DNA from: Segetibacter koreensis
GTDB lineage: Bacteria; Bacteroidota; Bacteroidia; Chitinophagales; Chitinophagaceae
DNA: 48,901 nt
Reading direction: 5' to 3'
Assembly: GCA_044463445.1 (NCBI GenBank)
Contig: JBIQMJ010000001.1
Location: forward strand, 1 to 48,901
Part shown: in pieces, positions 46,956 through 48,901 of the stretch
Layout of the letters: every line of letters begins with the position of its first letter
Position numbering within the stretch: the stretch's first letter is position 1
Made by a program: the position numbers and the translations under genes
The notes under the pieces: model-generated
Seen by the model: the letters and a program-made list of their open reading frames with translations, nothing else
Databases searched by the model: none
Told to the model about the DNA's origin: nothing

Positions 46956-48901
46956 ATGCCCACAACAAAAAATCCAAGAATCCAAAAATCAAAAACTTTA
47001 AGTAAAAGTAATAATACGGAATTAGCAAATGACATTCTTCTTTCCGAAAAACTTCAAAATCATTTTGGTTTTAAATCTTTTAAAAAACCTCAAAAGGAAA
47101 TAATCAAAAGCCTTCTTTCCGGACGAGACACATTTGTGATTATGCCTACCGGCGGAGGGAAAAGTCTGTGTTATCAATTGCCAGCTATAATTAGTGAGGG
47201 TTGCGCCGTTATTGTTTCGCCCTTAATAGCATTAATGAAAAACCAGGTTGACCTGGTTCGTGGATATAGCAGCACTGATAATATAGCTCATTTTTTGAAC
47301 AGTTCACTGAACAAGGGACAACAGAAACTGGTTAAGGACGATCTTCTTTCTGGAAATACCAAACTCTTGTATGTTGCTCCGGAGACTTTGACAAAAGAGG
47401 AAAATGTTGAATTCTTAAAAGAGTTGAAAATTTCATTTTTTGCAGTGGATGAAGCCCATTGTATTAGCGAATGGGGACATGATTTCAGACCGGAATATCG
47501 CAGATTAAGAGAAATAATGGACGATATAGATAAAACACGGCCGGTTATTGCACTCACCGCCACTGCCACACCCAAGGTTCAAAATGATATTATAAAAAAT
47601 TTAGGACTTCGCAATCCTGAAATTTTTATTTCTTCTTTTAACCGGTCAAACCTTTATTACGAAGTGGTTCCAAAAGTTAAAAAGGACCAGGCCATAAAAA
47701 GTATTGTAAAATTCATTTCTCACAATAAAGGCAAGAGTGGAATTATTTATACGCTGAACCGTAAAACGACCGAAGAACTCGCTGAGACATTAATGGCAAA
47801 TGGTATCCAGGCTGTTGCTTATCATGCCGGCCTTGATACCAAATTAAGAGCAAAAAGGCAGGACCAGTTTTTAGGTGAAGAAATACAGGTTATTGTGGCT
47901 ACGATTGCTTTTGGAATGGGAATAGATAAGCCAGATATCCGGTTTGTAATTCATTATAACATTCCTAAATCAATAGAGAATTACTACCAGGAAACAGGCC
48001 GGGCCGGGCGTGATGGTTTGGAAGGAAAATGTCTTCTTTATTATTCACACAAAGATGTAGCTAAACTTGAGCATTTAATGCGGGATAAGTCGTTGAGCGA
48101 AAGAGAAATTGGTGCTCAGTTGATTAATGAAACGGTTGCTTATTCTGAAACCAGTGTTTGCCGCCGCAAAATGTTGATGAATTACTTTGGAGAAAAATAC
48201 GAACATGAGAATTGCGGAGGGAAATGTGATAACTGTAAAAATCCCAAAGAGTTGATCGAAGCGATGAATGAAGCCACAATAGCTTTAAACGCTATCAAGG
48301 CATTGGAAGAACGATTCCCAATTACTTATATGATTCCGGTGATCATTGGTAAATTGAATCCTCAAATAAAAATGTACCATCATGAAGAAAGGCCAGAGTT
48401 TGGTTCTGGTAAAGGGAAAGATGAACATTTTTGGAACTCACTGATCAGGCAGATGCTTCTTGAAAATTTAATTCAGAAGGATATTGAGGATTACGGAGTT
48501 TTAAAAATCACTAAAGAAGGGGATGCTTTTTTAAAGAAGCCAACCTCATTTAAAATAGCCTTAAACCATATTTATGAAACTGATGGGGAAGAAGAGGAAG
48601 ACGCCATTGATTCCGGTGAAGCAGGCGCTGCAGATGAAAGGCTTATAGGATTATTAAAAGACCTGCGGCAACAGGAAGCAAAAAAACGAAACTTGCCACC
48701 TTTTGTTATATTTCTTGAAAACAGCCTTATAGATATGGCAACACTTTATCCCACCACCCTGAAGGAATTAGAAAAATGCCAGGGAGTAAGTGTTGGGAAA
48801 GCGATGAAATTTGGAAAACCTTTTGTGAGATTGATAGAGAAATATGTAGAGGAGAACGAAATTGAAAAGCCGGATGACTTTGTAATGAAAAGTGTAGTCA
48901 A
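46956..48901 (+). CDS. recQ: ATP-dependent DNA helicase RecQ (3' truncated by window edge; absent from the supplied ORF track)
   Basis: Translated by hand from ATG 46956: MPTGGGKSLCYQLP, VDEAHCISEWGHDFRP, ATIAFGMGIDKPD, YYQETGRAGRDG, CRRK zinc region; TAACTTTG -7 element at 46912-46919. Confidence 0.96.
   Translation, partial: MPTTKNPRIQKSKTLSKSNNTELANDILLSEKLQNHFGFKSFKKPQKEIIKSLLSGRDTFVIMPTGGGKSLCYQLPAIISEGCAVIVSPLIALMKNQVDLVRGYSSTDNIAHFLNSSLNKGQQKLVKDDLLSGNTKLLYVAPETLTKEENVEFLKELKISFFAVDEAHCISEWGHDFRPEYRRLREIMDDIDKTRPVIALTATATPKVQNDIIKNLGLRNPEIFISSFNRSNLYYEVVPKVKKDQAIKSIVKFISHNKGKSGIIYTLNRKTTEELAETLMANGIQAVAYHAGLDTKLRAKRQDQFLGEEIQVIVATIAFGMGIDKPDIRFVIHYNIPKSIENYYQETGRAGRDGLEGKCLLYYSHKDVAKLEHLMRDKSLSEREIGAQLINETVAYSETSVCRRKMLMNYFGEKYEHENCGGKCDNCKNPKELIEAMNEATIALNAIKALEERFPITYMIPVIIGKLNPQIKMYHHEERPEFGSGKGKDEHFWNSLIRQMLLENLIQKDIEDYGVLKITKEGDAFLKKPTSFKIALNHIYETDGEEEEDAIDSGEAGAADERLIGLLKDLRQQEAKKRNLPPFVIFLENSLIDMATLYPTTLKELEKCQGVSVGKAMKFGKPFVRLIEKYVEENEIEKPDDFVMKSVV

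Noticed and set aside
47288-47575. 95-aa minus-strand ORF
   Set aside because: Antisense shadow of recQ, which the ORF track missed because it runs off the window end
36976-48901. parS sites near the proposed origin
   Set aside because: I found no match to the TGTTTCACGTGAAACA-type palindrome by eye; a computational scan would be needed to exclude degenerate copies

Overview
AT-rich bacterial chromosomal window, almost certainly Bacteroidota and probably Chitinophagaceae-like (T9SS type-B CTD protein, TAnnTTTG promoters, Gln at +1 after signal peptides). It is mostly housekeeping and envelope genes: thiL, a TetR-TolC-HlyD-ABC efflux operon, mlaEFD, msrB, adk, paaZ, nei-like glycosylase, amyA, ppiD, nadA, recA, ybdL, manC, kdsD and recQ. 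Three things stand out. (1) An 8-gene cluster at 11737-21762 in which every product carries an export signal: two Tat-signal SelA/DgaE-like PLP enzymes, a Tat-signal RidA, a Sec amidohydrolase fused to a YhcH domain, a Sec RraA-like aldolase, a lipoprotein sugar dehydrogenase-cytochrome c fusion, a lactonase and a CBM9-like protein. I infer a periplasmic, non-phosphorylative oxidative amino-sugar catabolic pathway. (2) A probable replication origin between ppiD and nadA, with DnaA boxes plus a tandem-box/DnaA-trio unwinding module and no dnaA gene in the window. (3) A dispersed intergenic 16-bp motif AGTRAAnnAATAAATA. I saw no rRNA, tRNA, CRISPR array or transposase. All family calls are from motif recognition, not database searches.
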